In this document: positions 24,074-34,776 of the stretch, in pieces
Numbering within the stretch: position 1 is the first letter of the stretch
Layout of the letters: each line of letters starts with the position of its first letter
Assembly: GCF_004010195.1 (NCBI RefSeq)
Contig: NC_057750.1
Span: 5,793,983-5,857,982, forward strand
Direction of reading: 5' to 3'
Origin: Chiloscyllium plagiosum
Lineage: Eukaryota
DNA length: 64,000 nucleotides
Translations under genes and position numbers: made by a program
The notes under the pieces: model-generated
Told to the model about the DNA's origin: nothing
The model's input: only the letters and a program-made list of their open reading frames with translations
Databases searched by the model: none

Positions 24074-24215
24074 CACAGCTCAGGCAACATCCGAGGAGCA
24101 GGAATCCTGATGCAGGACTTATGCCTGAAACGTTGAACTTTCCTGCTCCTCAGATGCTGCCTGACCTGCTGTGCTTTTCCAGCACCACACTCTTGACTTC
24201 AGCATCTGCAGACCT
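24074..24215 (+). mobile_element. Penelope-like pLTR fragment with short inverted 5' arm
   Basis: caggcaacatccgaggagcagga is inverted relative to tcctgctcctcagatgctgcctg; degenerate CTGATGC...GAAACGTT core. Confidence 0.7.
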
Positions 24216-24299
24216 TGTTGTTGAAGAAGGTCCAGTTTATGTTCCAGGTGGAGAAGAGTTCCGGACGAGAGCAAGAGAAAGAGAAACACAAAAACAAAA

Positions 24300-24334
24300 A
24301 CAGATGTGGTATAATTTAAGAAATTTTTTTTATT
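24300..24334 (-). terminator. Candidate distal polyadenylation site of PPP1R37
   Basis: AATAAA on minus at 24334-24329, a CA about 25 nt downstream, then a U/GU-rich tract tctgtttttgtttttgtgtttc. Other AATAAA hexamers occur upstream (~30420, ~30163, ~27877). Confidence 0.4.
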
Positions 24335-27218
24335 TTTAATTATTAACCAAGATTCTGAATAGACCCAAAGATGCTGTAAAACTCACATAATTGCACTGGG
24401 TTCATTTCAGAGCCTGGGGAGACTCAGTGGAAATATGCCCACTTACCCAGAATCAACAGATTAATCAAGTATTTTGTACAAGTGCAGGTACTTGAGGAGG
24501 CATCAACATACATTGATCATGGGCAGAGATGCATGCTCCATCATCCCTGGATACAACAGTGAAAGAAAAGCAACACCGACTCTGGGGGCACCTCATCTCA
24601 TCTTTAAAAAATAGCTTATATTATTAGCAACAAAAGGGATTGGACATTTTGGCGACGTACTAGGTGCCAGGAATTAATTACAATGAAAAGGAGTCTTCCC
24701 TGCATAACAGCAAACTCAATACAAAGTAGAGATCAGCTTTGCAGCATTAAGCAGTCAGTCAGCAGAAAAACTTAGTAAGGGGCAGTTTGAATTCCTGTTG
24801 GTCTTAATAGCCAGGGAATTTAACAATAATGACAGCAAACAATCTGCTGCTTTGGTCTTACCTGTAGGAAAAATGGTTAGGGCAATTTACGTTGGCATTA
24901 AATTGGAGAAGTCGGTGAGTTTTAGCAAGACACAGTGAGTAAAGATGCAGTATCAAAGAAAATTAGAAAGGGAGCTAGAGAGACAGGGACAGACAAATAA
25001 GTAAGAGAGCATTGGGGAGGTAGAGTGAGACAGAGAGACATAAAGGAATGGGGTTGGAGGGATAGACGGGGAGGGATACAGAGAGAAAGCGAGACTGTAG
25101 GTAGAAAGAGATCGATGGGGAAAGGAGAGGGAGACAAAGCAAGAGGGAGAATTTGGGGGATGGGTGTGGGGGGGGTTGGTTGGAGAGGACAGAAGAAAGA
25201 GAAAAAAAACAGCAGCAGGAAAAGCATTTTAACCTGGCTTCTTAAGCAGGTTTAACACTAACATCAGGTGCTGTCACCACCTATGCCTTTACTTCTGGAG
25301 CTGGGGTAAAAAAGGGAATTATTGGATCAGGATCAATTGGAATTCTAAGGAGTTATCAGTCCCCTTCTTCCATTACTAAAATTATCACCACTAGTGCAGA
25401 ATTTATGTATTTTTCTTTTAATCTGCACCTGTTTGCAGACAGGGAGATTGCTGTTTACAGGTCACACCACAGTTCTGCATCTTATCTTAATGTTTTGATG
25501 AACCTCTACCCCCATTCATTCAGCAGAAATAGATCCTGTTAAAAAAAAATCACTGGTGGAGCAAAAAGGCCATTTAAATTGGAATTACTTACTGGTGAAT
25601 TAGGAGAGAACAGAGACAAATTGTTTTCTAATGCCAGGAATGAGAGGATGGAGCCGGTGTTGCCTTTTGCCTGGAGTAAATACTGGGCCAGGTTGCTCAC
25701 CAGGAAGGGGGGGGGGGGGCGGGGAACACATAACTCTACTCAGAATCTGCTGGGCACAGTGTCATACCTGATGCACTCCCCACACTGGGAGGGCCAACCT
25801 CACTGCTCATTAATTCTTACATGGTATAACAGTCATTTTAAAAGCAGTATTATCAGAAATCATCAATTGCCACACTGAGGACAATCAATCCCTCCCCCAA
25901 ACACCTTCCTCCCCAATCCCGGCAACAATCATCATTGTTCTAGTACAAAATCTTTGTTCTTCTCCCCGAATCCTATTCAGTCATTCACAATTATCGTGAT
26001 TTCTGATCATACAACCACTGCGTGATATAGAAATCTCAATATATTAGTGTCCCATGTCACCATCACATCCCCTCCTATTCATTTCAGTGGTGCGGACTGG
26101 ACGTATTCACCATGCTTACAGCTTAACATGTCCCTCTTTCTCACCTACAGGAACAAGTGTCTGGTGTCACTCAAGCCCAAACATTCAAGATAAATAAATC
26201 ATTAACAGCTGGTAAACAACAGACGGTTTCTCCTTTCCTCGCTCTGTTGGCCAATGCTGGTGACCCTTATTCATATGCATGATCAATGCCACGTTACATC
26301 ATTTCTGGCTGAGTATTACAGTACTCAGAGAAATACGCATTCCTGTTTTCACTCAGTGTGCGCTTCTGTGCACTGACTGCTGAGACAGAATCAGGTACAA
26401 TGTCTGACAGTTCTGCGCCCTAGCGCTGGCACACTGAAATCGTTTTGAAGACCTTCTGCCATTCTAGCCCAGACTGGGAATCGGACCTTCCTAACCAAAT
26501 ACAGCTCAGCTGCGAACAATGCAGTTCCCTGACCTGTCTAAGGCTTCGAAACAAGCTTTTAATATGTTACTGATGTTAATTTATACATAAGACCCAAACC
26601 TAACAGTGGATTCACCAAATAAATGAGTGTCTCTTCCAAAAGATAAACTTCCTCACTTAAAACTAATGGCAGCGTTGTTCACTTAAAGGGGCAAGGTCAG
26701 TTTTCCCCAAATGGTGTCATGTCGTAAAACTCTACATTAGTGTCATTTCCAGATCAGATCTTGAAAGACATCAACCTTCTAGAATTTACAAGAGATTACG
26801 AATTGCATTACCCAACTACAGATAGTGTAAATAAATAGGGACCTTGTAATAAGGAGACCGCTCGAGTGTACTCCGTTTACACAGTATGTCTGGATCTGCT
26901 GCACAATTTCTAATTGTGTTGACTGACATTTCGGAAACCAGATTCTCATTTCTGTTCCTGTGAAATAGGGACATGTTTCCGCAGAAGTGGCAGTGTTTAC
27001 CATCACAATTACAGACTCATTCTCATCAGATGCAGCACCTACCTCTGATTTTGAATCATCATTCTATTTCAGGCATGAGTCCCTGAGGGGGTCAGCTTTG
27101 AGAACTGGCTGGAATAGTAATTAATTCTGGTTTTACATGAGTATGCTCCTGCTGGAACTTGAACAATGGGACCTTGGACACCTGAAACCAGTATGAATCG
27201 CTTCACTTGTCTGTGTGT

Positions 27219-27390
27219 GGGGGGTGGGGGGGGGGGGGGGAAAGAGAGTGAGTGATCAAACGAGAGTGCGCAAGTGAGAGCGAGAGCGTGACTGAGTGAG
27301 AAACAGCGCATGAGTGAGAGAGTGCGAATGAGAGCAAGTGAGTGCAACAGCGAGAGAGAGAGAGAGAGAACACGAGTGCGCGAGTGAGTG
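27219..27390 (+). repeat. Poly-G plus degenerate (GA)/(GAGT) microsatellite
   Basis: Direct inspection. Confidence 0.85.
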
Positions 27391-29593
27391 AGAATTCAGC
27401 ACTCTAGACAATTCCTGTGACATTTCCCTTAAAACAAAAACAAAAACCCACTGAAATGAAAAGGTATCAACATCTGGACTCCAACTACTCAATGACATGT
27501 TGCCAGGACATGAACACGACAAAGTATCGAAACCTTTCCCCTCCCCCAACAACCCACAACTATTAAATCCAGCCTATTTAGGCATGGGATAGCTTCAATA
27601 GACATCTCTAAGACAGCCAAAGTGTACAAGAGTTGCCACAACAAACAGACACTGCAAAATAAAAACAATTATTATTACAACAAACTCCTGACTGGAGAAA
27701 ACATCAGGAAACAAAAAAAATGAAGAAGCCCAGCAACACCATTTCACGCTCATTTCTAAACATAGTGTTACACTAGAAATCAGATCCTCAGCATTTGGAA
27801 GTTACAGAATCAATTTATACATATCCTGCTGTAACTTGCATGCAGTTAAGTCTTGATGCACTGCCCTGAAACATTTATTGCACTTCTTAAAAGATCATCT
27901 GGAATCTGACATACAGCCCTTCAGACTGATGCCATCGTCCCGTTTAATTTGGATTAATCGTGGAGAGACACCCTCACCCACTCTTCCAACCTTCTTTCCC
28001 ACAAAACAGGTTTATTTTACATATATAATCTTTTATGAAATGAGGAGGTGTTTGCACATTTTAAGCTCTCCCCTTCTCTCCCATCCTTTCTCAGTCCTTT
28101 ACCACTGTGATCTTTCAAGCACTGGTTACAGTTAGGGATGTGGGGTAGACATAAATCTTTGCATACCTTTGGCTTGCACATTACAATCGCAGTCAGTCTT
28201 TGAGGCAGTTTGTACATTACTTTCTCTCCTTCAATTTCACAAAAGACTGATCCGCACCCTCCAGTGCTCAGAACTGAAAATGAGGCCAATGTTTATCCAA
28301 GTGTGATAACCCAGTGGATAGCGATAAGTTGCGTTGCTGCTTCTTAGGTTTCTTACTTTTGTCTCAAAAGCAGAATGACCAGATCTGGGATCACCTCGGT
28401 CGGCAGGCTGTTAACTACTGCCTCAGAATGCTTCACTGGCTTTTGCTAGACAGTCAGAGGAAACGACCAGCACAGGAAACTGCAGTAAATATCAAACTTC
28501 AGGAGGCAGATGACCCAGTTTTCAAATGTTCGTCCCATTCCCAGGATAAGGCGTCAGAAAAGGATGGTCCTTTCCCCCCACATAACCTCAGTTGTGGCTC
28601 AGCTGGGTAAAATGTACATACGCAACAAATACTTACAGAATATGCTGTCATTACTTTCTCAAAGCTGAAAACTCAAAAAACTTACATTTCTGAATAATGG
28701 GTAGCAGAAACACACACAAACAAATACTCTATCAAGTTCAGGTCATAACATAAATCACAAGAGAAAAAAAGCCCGATTTACTTAATGCTGATTGGAATCC
28801 AGATGACATGTTCTTTATATACAATGTAGCGTTTTAAAAAAAGCGTTCCAGCAAAGTTCACATCATTTTTTTTCCTGTCACTTTTACAGATACAAAACCT
28901 TGCCCTATGTAAGGGAGGGTTTGTAACACAGTGAGCCAAAACAGCGAGGTAGAATTGGGAATAACTATCCCACTGCCCCACAGTACCTAACAGAATCTGT
29001 CTGCATGCCTTTCCATAATATTTCCATTGCTGACAGGGCAACAAAGTACATTTTGACCGCTGTATCATTTAAACTTAAGAACTTCTGCTTTTCTGTGAGT
29101 TACTGACTCAAAGAAAATTTCTGAAAAGTGTTGGAATTGCAATTAGTTCTAAATGTACCCCCTCCCCTTGCAAAATCAATTCTGAGGTAATACAATGGAG
29201 TATCCCTTACATAGGGAGCGCTGGATAAGATCGCCTAACTTTATTATCAAGAAACCTCAAATGATCTTCTTACATCCCCCATTCATCCTGTGCAATAGGG
29301 GGAGCAACCAAGACCATGTATTGCTTCAGTTCAGTTACCCTGTCTTAGTGAGACAATCTTCCCAGGCTTCACAGTGAAAATTTTGTGTTGGAGGGAGATG
29401 GGTGAAGTGTGATTTTACAAAGTATGATTTCATGTCCTAGGGACAACCTCAAACAACATTAAAGGAAGTAGTCCCTTCTTATTTTCTCCCTCAGATCTAT
29501 CCAAGAAGAGAAAATGTCTTTTCTTTTCTGGTTAGTGATCATGTTCATGGCATTTAGTTAGGTAGTGTGTAAGTAGGTTGGTGGTGGTGGGGA

Positions 29594-29761
29594 GACAGAG
29601 AGAGAGAGCGACAGAGAGAGAGAGAGAGAGAGAGCGAGAGAGCGAGAGTAGTGTGTGTGCGTGCGAGAGTGTGTGTGAGTATGATAGTGTGTGCGCATGT
29701 GAGTGAGAGAGTGAGAGAGAGAGAGAGAGAGAACATGCATGAGTGAGTGATTGAGAGAGAC
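29594..29761 (+). repeat. Compound (GA)n/(GT)n microsatellite
   Basis: Direct inspection. Confidence 0.88.
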
Positions 29762-31827
29762 AAAGCCAGACACAGAAAATAAAATTAAGTTTTGTGGGAA
29801 TTTAACACAAATTGCTGAATACAGGTTCAAAATTCTGCACAGATCCTGACCAGTGGAAATTGCCACTGTTTGACTACTATCCTCCGGAAACAAGAAACTG
29901 TGGTAGGATAATGCAGAAGTACAACATTGTTCTAGTTTCCCGGCCGACTGCTTTATCCTCCATTTTGAAGAATTTGCACATAGCAAAACAGAAAGCTCTG
30001 ACATTGGAAATTTGAAATAAAAACATGCTGGAAATGAAACAGCTGGTCTGTCAGCATCTGTACTGGTTGGTGATGTGATTGAAATGAAAATTCATAACCT
30101 GCTTGTTCTATTTAGGAATATGGTCTGGCATACAGGAATTCTTTCCCCAGCATTTTCTGTTTTATTTAACACCATGTCAAGTTAATTGATTCCGAATCAA
30201 TTACCCACATAATCAGGTAGAAGGAAAAGGGTAGGTTCACCTCCACCCTGTTCCAATAGCAGTATGCAGGAAGGAAGGAGGCTATTATAGTGCTGGGTTC
30301 TGAACAGTCACCAGTTCAGAAGTGACAGGCTTTGAACCTTTGATTAAAGAAGGGTATGTCTGGAAATTGGTATATAGCAAAGTGCATAAACAGCCATGAA
30401 GAGCAAAGTAACCCATTTATTGGCAGCAACTTTCAGTCTCAAGTGCTGCCAACTCTGTGGGTTATTTCTGTTGAAAAGGACGGAGATTTTGATTTGTCTG
30501 CTGCACCGCAGATCAAACTGTGAAAAGCAGAAATGTTTTGGCCACTGGAAAAGATTTTGCAAATTGCTAAACATCACTGTGCAGGTCTGGCAGTTTAATG
30601 GGAATAATTATTAAAGATGCATCCAAAGCTTTTAATCATCCCCCCCCCCAACCAAAGATTCATAAGTGCAATACAGAAACCGCTAGGTGATCAATCTACT
30701 TTTACCAAATGGTTGGGGACAATGACTTATGTCAATGACCAGATTAACTAACATTCAGCAAGTTCAATTAGTGTTAACATCTAGTTGTCGATGTCAGTAA
30801 TCACGACATGTGATTAAGTAGTTCTCGAGTGACTTCCGACGCTTTTCCCAATCGGCATAACCGTCCTGCTAACTCAAAAGTTGCATTAAAATTGGAGCAT
30901 TCAAACTGCAACTCCTCAGGCAAATTCCACACTGCCAATTTTAAAAACATTAACCAGACATCAATAAACATCAACGCTAAAAATAAATAGCATCTAATCC
31001 AAAATAAGAAAAATCTCACTGGTAAACTAGAACACAAACAGTACCAGAGCTGAAAATGATCTTTTGAGTCCTTCTGATTTTCTCCTCAGTGCAAATCCTT
31101 TCACTATCAGGAGAGACGAAGGATCACAAGGAGGACCAACAATCAGGATTAAGCAGACAGGGGCTGGTTTCTTGAATAATGGACCTGCCCCTTGCTAGCA
31201 AAAAACATGAAGGGAGTGAAGGGAAATCCTACTTGTAGTTTACAGTAAATGAGAACTAGCGTTAATCCTAGCCCTGGCATGATGCACGCACTGCCAAGGC
31301 AAACGTCCATTGCCTGAGTCACACTGTTAACAGTTTCTTCCAGACTCGATGGTCCCGGACACATCTCGTGTTCCGATGGTCTCCATTTCCATAAGCGAGA
31401 CACCACTCACCCGCATCAGGCAGGGTCCGGCAGCAATCTAACTTCCTGGGTGGTGCTTTCTTTGGTTTGTATCCCAACCAAACTGGGTCAGAGAAACCCC
31501 TTCGCTGGAGGCAAGGTGGAATGGCATGAAGAGCAAGGTGAATTGACAATGGATAGTCCAATGGCCACTGCTCGGAGGGACAGAGAGCGAGAGCAATGAG
31601 GAGAAGGCAAGAGAGAAAATACATCTTTTGTTGGTGTTGAAGAGGGTGGGGAATCTTCAAGGACAGTCTCAACACATTCAGCAAGACCTGAAACTCACTG
31701 TGGAATAATACAAGTGAATATTTGAGTTAATACTAAGACATCAATAGGTGAGGGTCAAAAGACAGCAAGTGACAAGTAACCACAAGCAAAATATTTGGAA
31801 GTGAAGTACGGCCTTACTTGCTCACTT

Positions 31828-31910
31828 TCACGATGTTTCACGACATGTCTCTTGACTCGCCTCCAGCAATAACTCCTCCAGCTCCTTTTCAGTTTTGGGG
31901 GATGTAAACT
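31828..31910 (-). CDS. PPP1R37: PPP1R37 exon 12 (last coding exon, TGA at 31830-31828)
   Basis: tttttaag|AG+FTSPKTEKELEELLLEASQETCRETS*; a donor CAA|gtaagg follows at 31818/31817. Confidence 0.93.
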
Positions 31911-32574
31911 CTTAAAAACAAACAAAAACCATTCATAGATAGGGTAAGGATCAGAACAGTACAAGGTAGAAAAAGAAAATTTTAAAAACACTGGGAATCT
32001 TAAGGATCTTACAGATTTACTTTTTTAAATAAGGAAAATCGTGTTCTTTGCCAAAAGTGCTGTTTCATCCTGTGAAATGTCTGACTTCACCAGGAAACCT
32101 TTTTAATGCTGAACCAGACTGCCTATATTTCATAATTGTAGGTGGATGTCAGATGCTATCTTGGGAAAGTGTGGGTGTAGGATGGTCAGAATCAGCAGAG
32201 CCAAGACACAGTCAGGCCTTTTACAGTATCTCCATGAGGTATTTGGCAGAGATCATTAACTTAGCCAAGACCTTCAGGCCTTGTAGGACAATATTGCTCA
32301 GTACAGGTGGTTGCTGATATCGCTAAGGGAGCATGGGAGAAATAGAAGCAAAGACTTTGCAACTTCAGTCAATTGTACATGATGAACTGTTGCTAGGCAA
32401 ATTAGGGCTCTGTCCAATTAACTGCACGTGAAGCCATCAACTATTAATTGCATCTGCCTAAATTTAAATTATAAAGTTATATTATTTATAAATTATAAAA
32501 AAGGATATTTAAAAATTATTGGAAAGGCGGACCGGTTATCCAATAGTTATTGCTGTTTTTAATTGAGTAGTGCA

Positions 32575-33005
32575 GTTATTACAAGGATGTTGCCAGGGTA
32601 GGAGGATTTGAGCTATAGGTAGAGGCTGAATAGACTGGGGCTGGTTTCGCAGGAGCATTGGGAGGTTGAGGGGTTATAAAATCATGAAGGTCACAGATTG
32701 GGGAACAGACCTGACTATTCACCCAGAGTAGGGGGCATAAGTTTAAGGAAAGAGGGGAAAGATTTAGAAGGAACCTAAGGGACAACATTTTCATGCAGAG
32801 GGCGGTGCGTGTGTGGAATGAACTGTTAGAGAAAGTGGTGGATGCCAGTACAAATACAACATTCAAAAAGGTTTCTGAATGGGTACATGAATACGAAGGG
32901 TTTAAAGAGACATGGGCCAAATGCTGGCAAATGGGACTAGATTAACTTAGGTTATTTGGTTGGCATGGATGAAGGGTCTATTTCTGTGCTGTACATCTCT
33001 ATGAC
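32575..33005 (+). mobile_element. CR1 LINE 3' fragment
   Basis: Homologous to 14800-15265 (gagctatagg...gggactagatt...gctgtacatctctatgact). Confidence 0.8.
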
Positions 33006-33037
33006 TTTATTTGAAGGGTGAAAGAGAGATAACAATA

Positions 33038-33338
33038 AGGACGGAACAGTGGCTCTGTGGTTAGAACTGTTGCCTCACAGCACCAGGGTCCCAGGTTCGA
33101 TTCTAGCCTCGGGTGACTGTCTGTGTGGAGTTTGCACATTCTCCCTGTGTCTGCGTGGGTTTCTTCCAGATGCTCCTCCCACAGTCCAAAGATGTGCAGG
33201 TCAGGTGAATTGGCCATGCTAAATTGCCCATGGTGCTAGGTCTCATTCGTCAGAGGGAAATGGTGAGTTGCTCTTCCGAAGGTCGGTGTGGACTGGTTGG
33301 GCTAAAGGGCCTGTTTCCACACTGTAGGGAATCTAATC
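33038..33338 (+). mobile_element. tRNA-derived V-SINE (HE1-like, elasmobranch), near full length
   Basis: A box tggctctgtgg, B box ggttcgattc, V-domain gtgtggagtttgcacattctccc...gcgtgggtttc, CR1-like tail. Confidence 0.82.
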
Positions 33339-33560
33339 ATAACTTTTAAGGTCCGCGAAAATTGAGTTAGAGATTAGAATACTATGCAAAGACTTCTGTT
33401 GGTTTCAGTATCGCAATGGGGTGGATTTGCGTAAAAGGGGATTTATTTGCAGCTTCGGAGAGCGAGGTGGAGCATAATTTATTGAAGCATTGCTACAATG
33501 GAGGATCATTAGCACTGATTTATCAGGAGTCAGATTTCACCTATCAGGACACACACTCAC

Positions 33561-34632
33561 CATGCTCAATGCTGCAGCTCATTGCTTTACCATCCTTGCC
33601 TGTGGTCAGCACTGTCGTCTCAGGCAACCTTTGTACAAGCTCTGCTTTCAGTCCATTTGGTAAGGCAGCCCCATGTATCATGTGATCGCAGTCTTTGGCA
33701 CAAACTTTCTCAAAGTCGTACCCAGGGTTATCTGCCCCTCTGTCCAGGCCTGACAGGCTCTCAGTCTGGGAACTACCATCCAGGGCAGGATCTAGGACAG
33801 TCGAAGTTGACAGTGGGTCTGATGCTGAACAAGGTAAAGGCTTTGATGGGGATTCTGCCTCTTTAGTGGAGATAGCATACGCTCTGCTTTGCAGCGGTTC
33901 ATTCTGCCATTGCATGTCTTGGTTGTTGTGGTTTTCTGGTGGGCTCTCCACCCTGGTTACAAAAAAGACTTTGCGTCCCCTGCCTGGACTGGACACCAAG
34001 CGCTCGTTGTTTCTTGGTGAGATGTCGATTGGTGACCTGATGAATACTGGACTCTCAGGCCCTGGAGATTTTAATTCAGTGGCAATCAGCGTTGGCTGAT
34101 CACCAACAGCGGCCAGGCTGCTTCTGTCACCCACATCACCTTCTGTGACTGACTCCTTTCCACAACGTGTTTCCAAAGGATCCTGCTTCTGAAGCTGCTG
34201 CTTCTCCGAGCTGGACATTCCAGCCACGCTCAATTGTTCCTGGCTCTGTTCCGATTCAACCTGCACTGCAGGCTGCAGGTTGCGTCCTGCTCTGTGGAGT
34301 GCAACCTGCACTGCAGGCTGCAGGTTACACTCCACAGAGCAGGACGCAACAATCGACTCATTGGTGCCAACCAGCTCTTCAGCATTCCTGGTTACTGTCT
34401 CTTGGACAACTTCATTTTCCGAACCCTCTGGCATTTCCTGGGTCTTCAGGCAGACCTGGCTCTTTTGGGGCTCCTTATTGTCGCACACTGTCACAGTAAT
34501 CTCCGGCATCGACGCAGACTGCTGCATCTTCTGCTCTTTCTCCTCCTTCTCCTTTGCCAGGATGAAATTCCTCTTGCAGCCATTTTGAATCTCTGAGAGG
34601 AGAGCCTTCTGAGTTTCAATGAAGCTCTTTAC
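33561..34632 (-). CDS. PPP1R37: PPP1R37 exon 11 (large, mostly disordered C-terminal region)
   Basis: tcctcag|VKSFIETQKALLSEIQNGCKRNF...SASMPE...VSSPGRGRKVFFVTRVESPP...LPNGLK...SCSIEH+G|gtgagt; 1072 nt open; overlaps ORF 33544..34527. Confidence 0.95.
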
Positions 34633-34776
34633 CTGAGGAGAAAGTAGGGTGGCGGGTTATATAGGATCAACTTTCATTTATATAGCAATGCTAACACAAT
34701 AAAGTGCCTTAAGTTGCTTCAGACAAGAGTCAACAAAACTTGACACTGAACTACGAGGAGATATTAGGCAAGGCAG

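Noticed and set aside
26414..26432. CTCF-like motif gcgccctagcgctggca
   Set aside because: Spacing does not fit the core consensus well, so it cannot be supported without a PWM scan or ChIP data.
15890..31300. Possible intervening gene (e.g. GEMIN7, ZNF296, RELB) between the two genes
   Set aside because: No recognisable coding exons; the ORFs here are short, TE-derived or microsatellite-derived.
33038..33110. tRNA-like A and B boxes
   Set aside because: Head of a V-SINE running directly into the SINE body; not a tRNA gene.
33582..34596. Plus-strand ORFs of 94-134 aa
   Set aside because: Antisense shadows of PPP1R37 exon 11, with no independent coding evidence.
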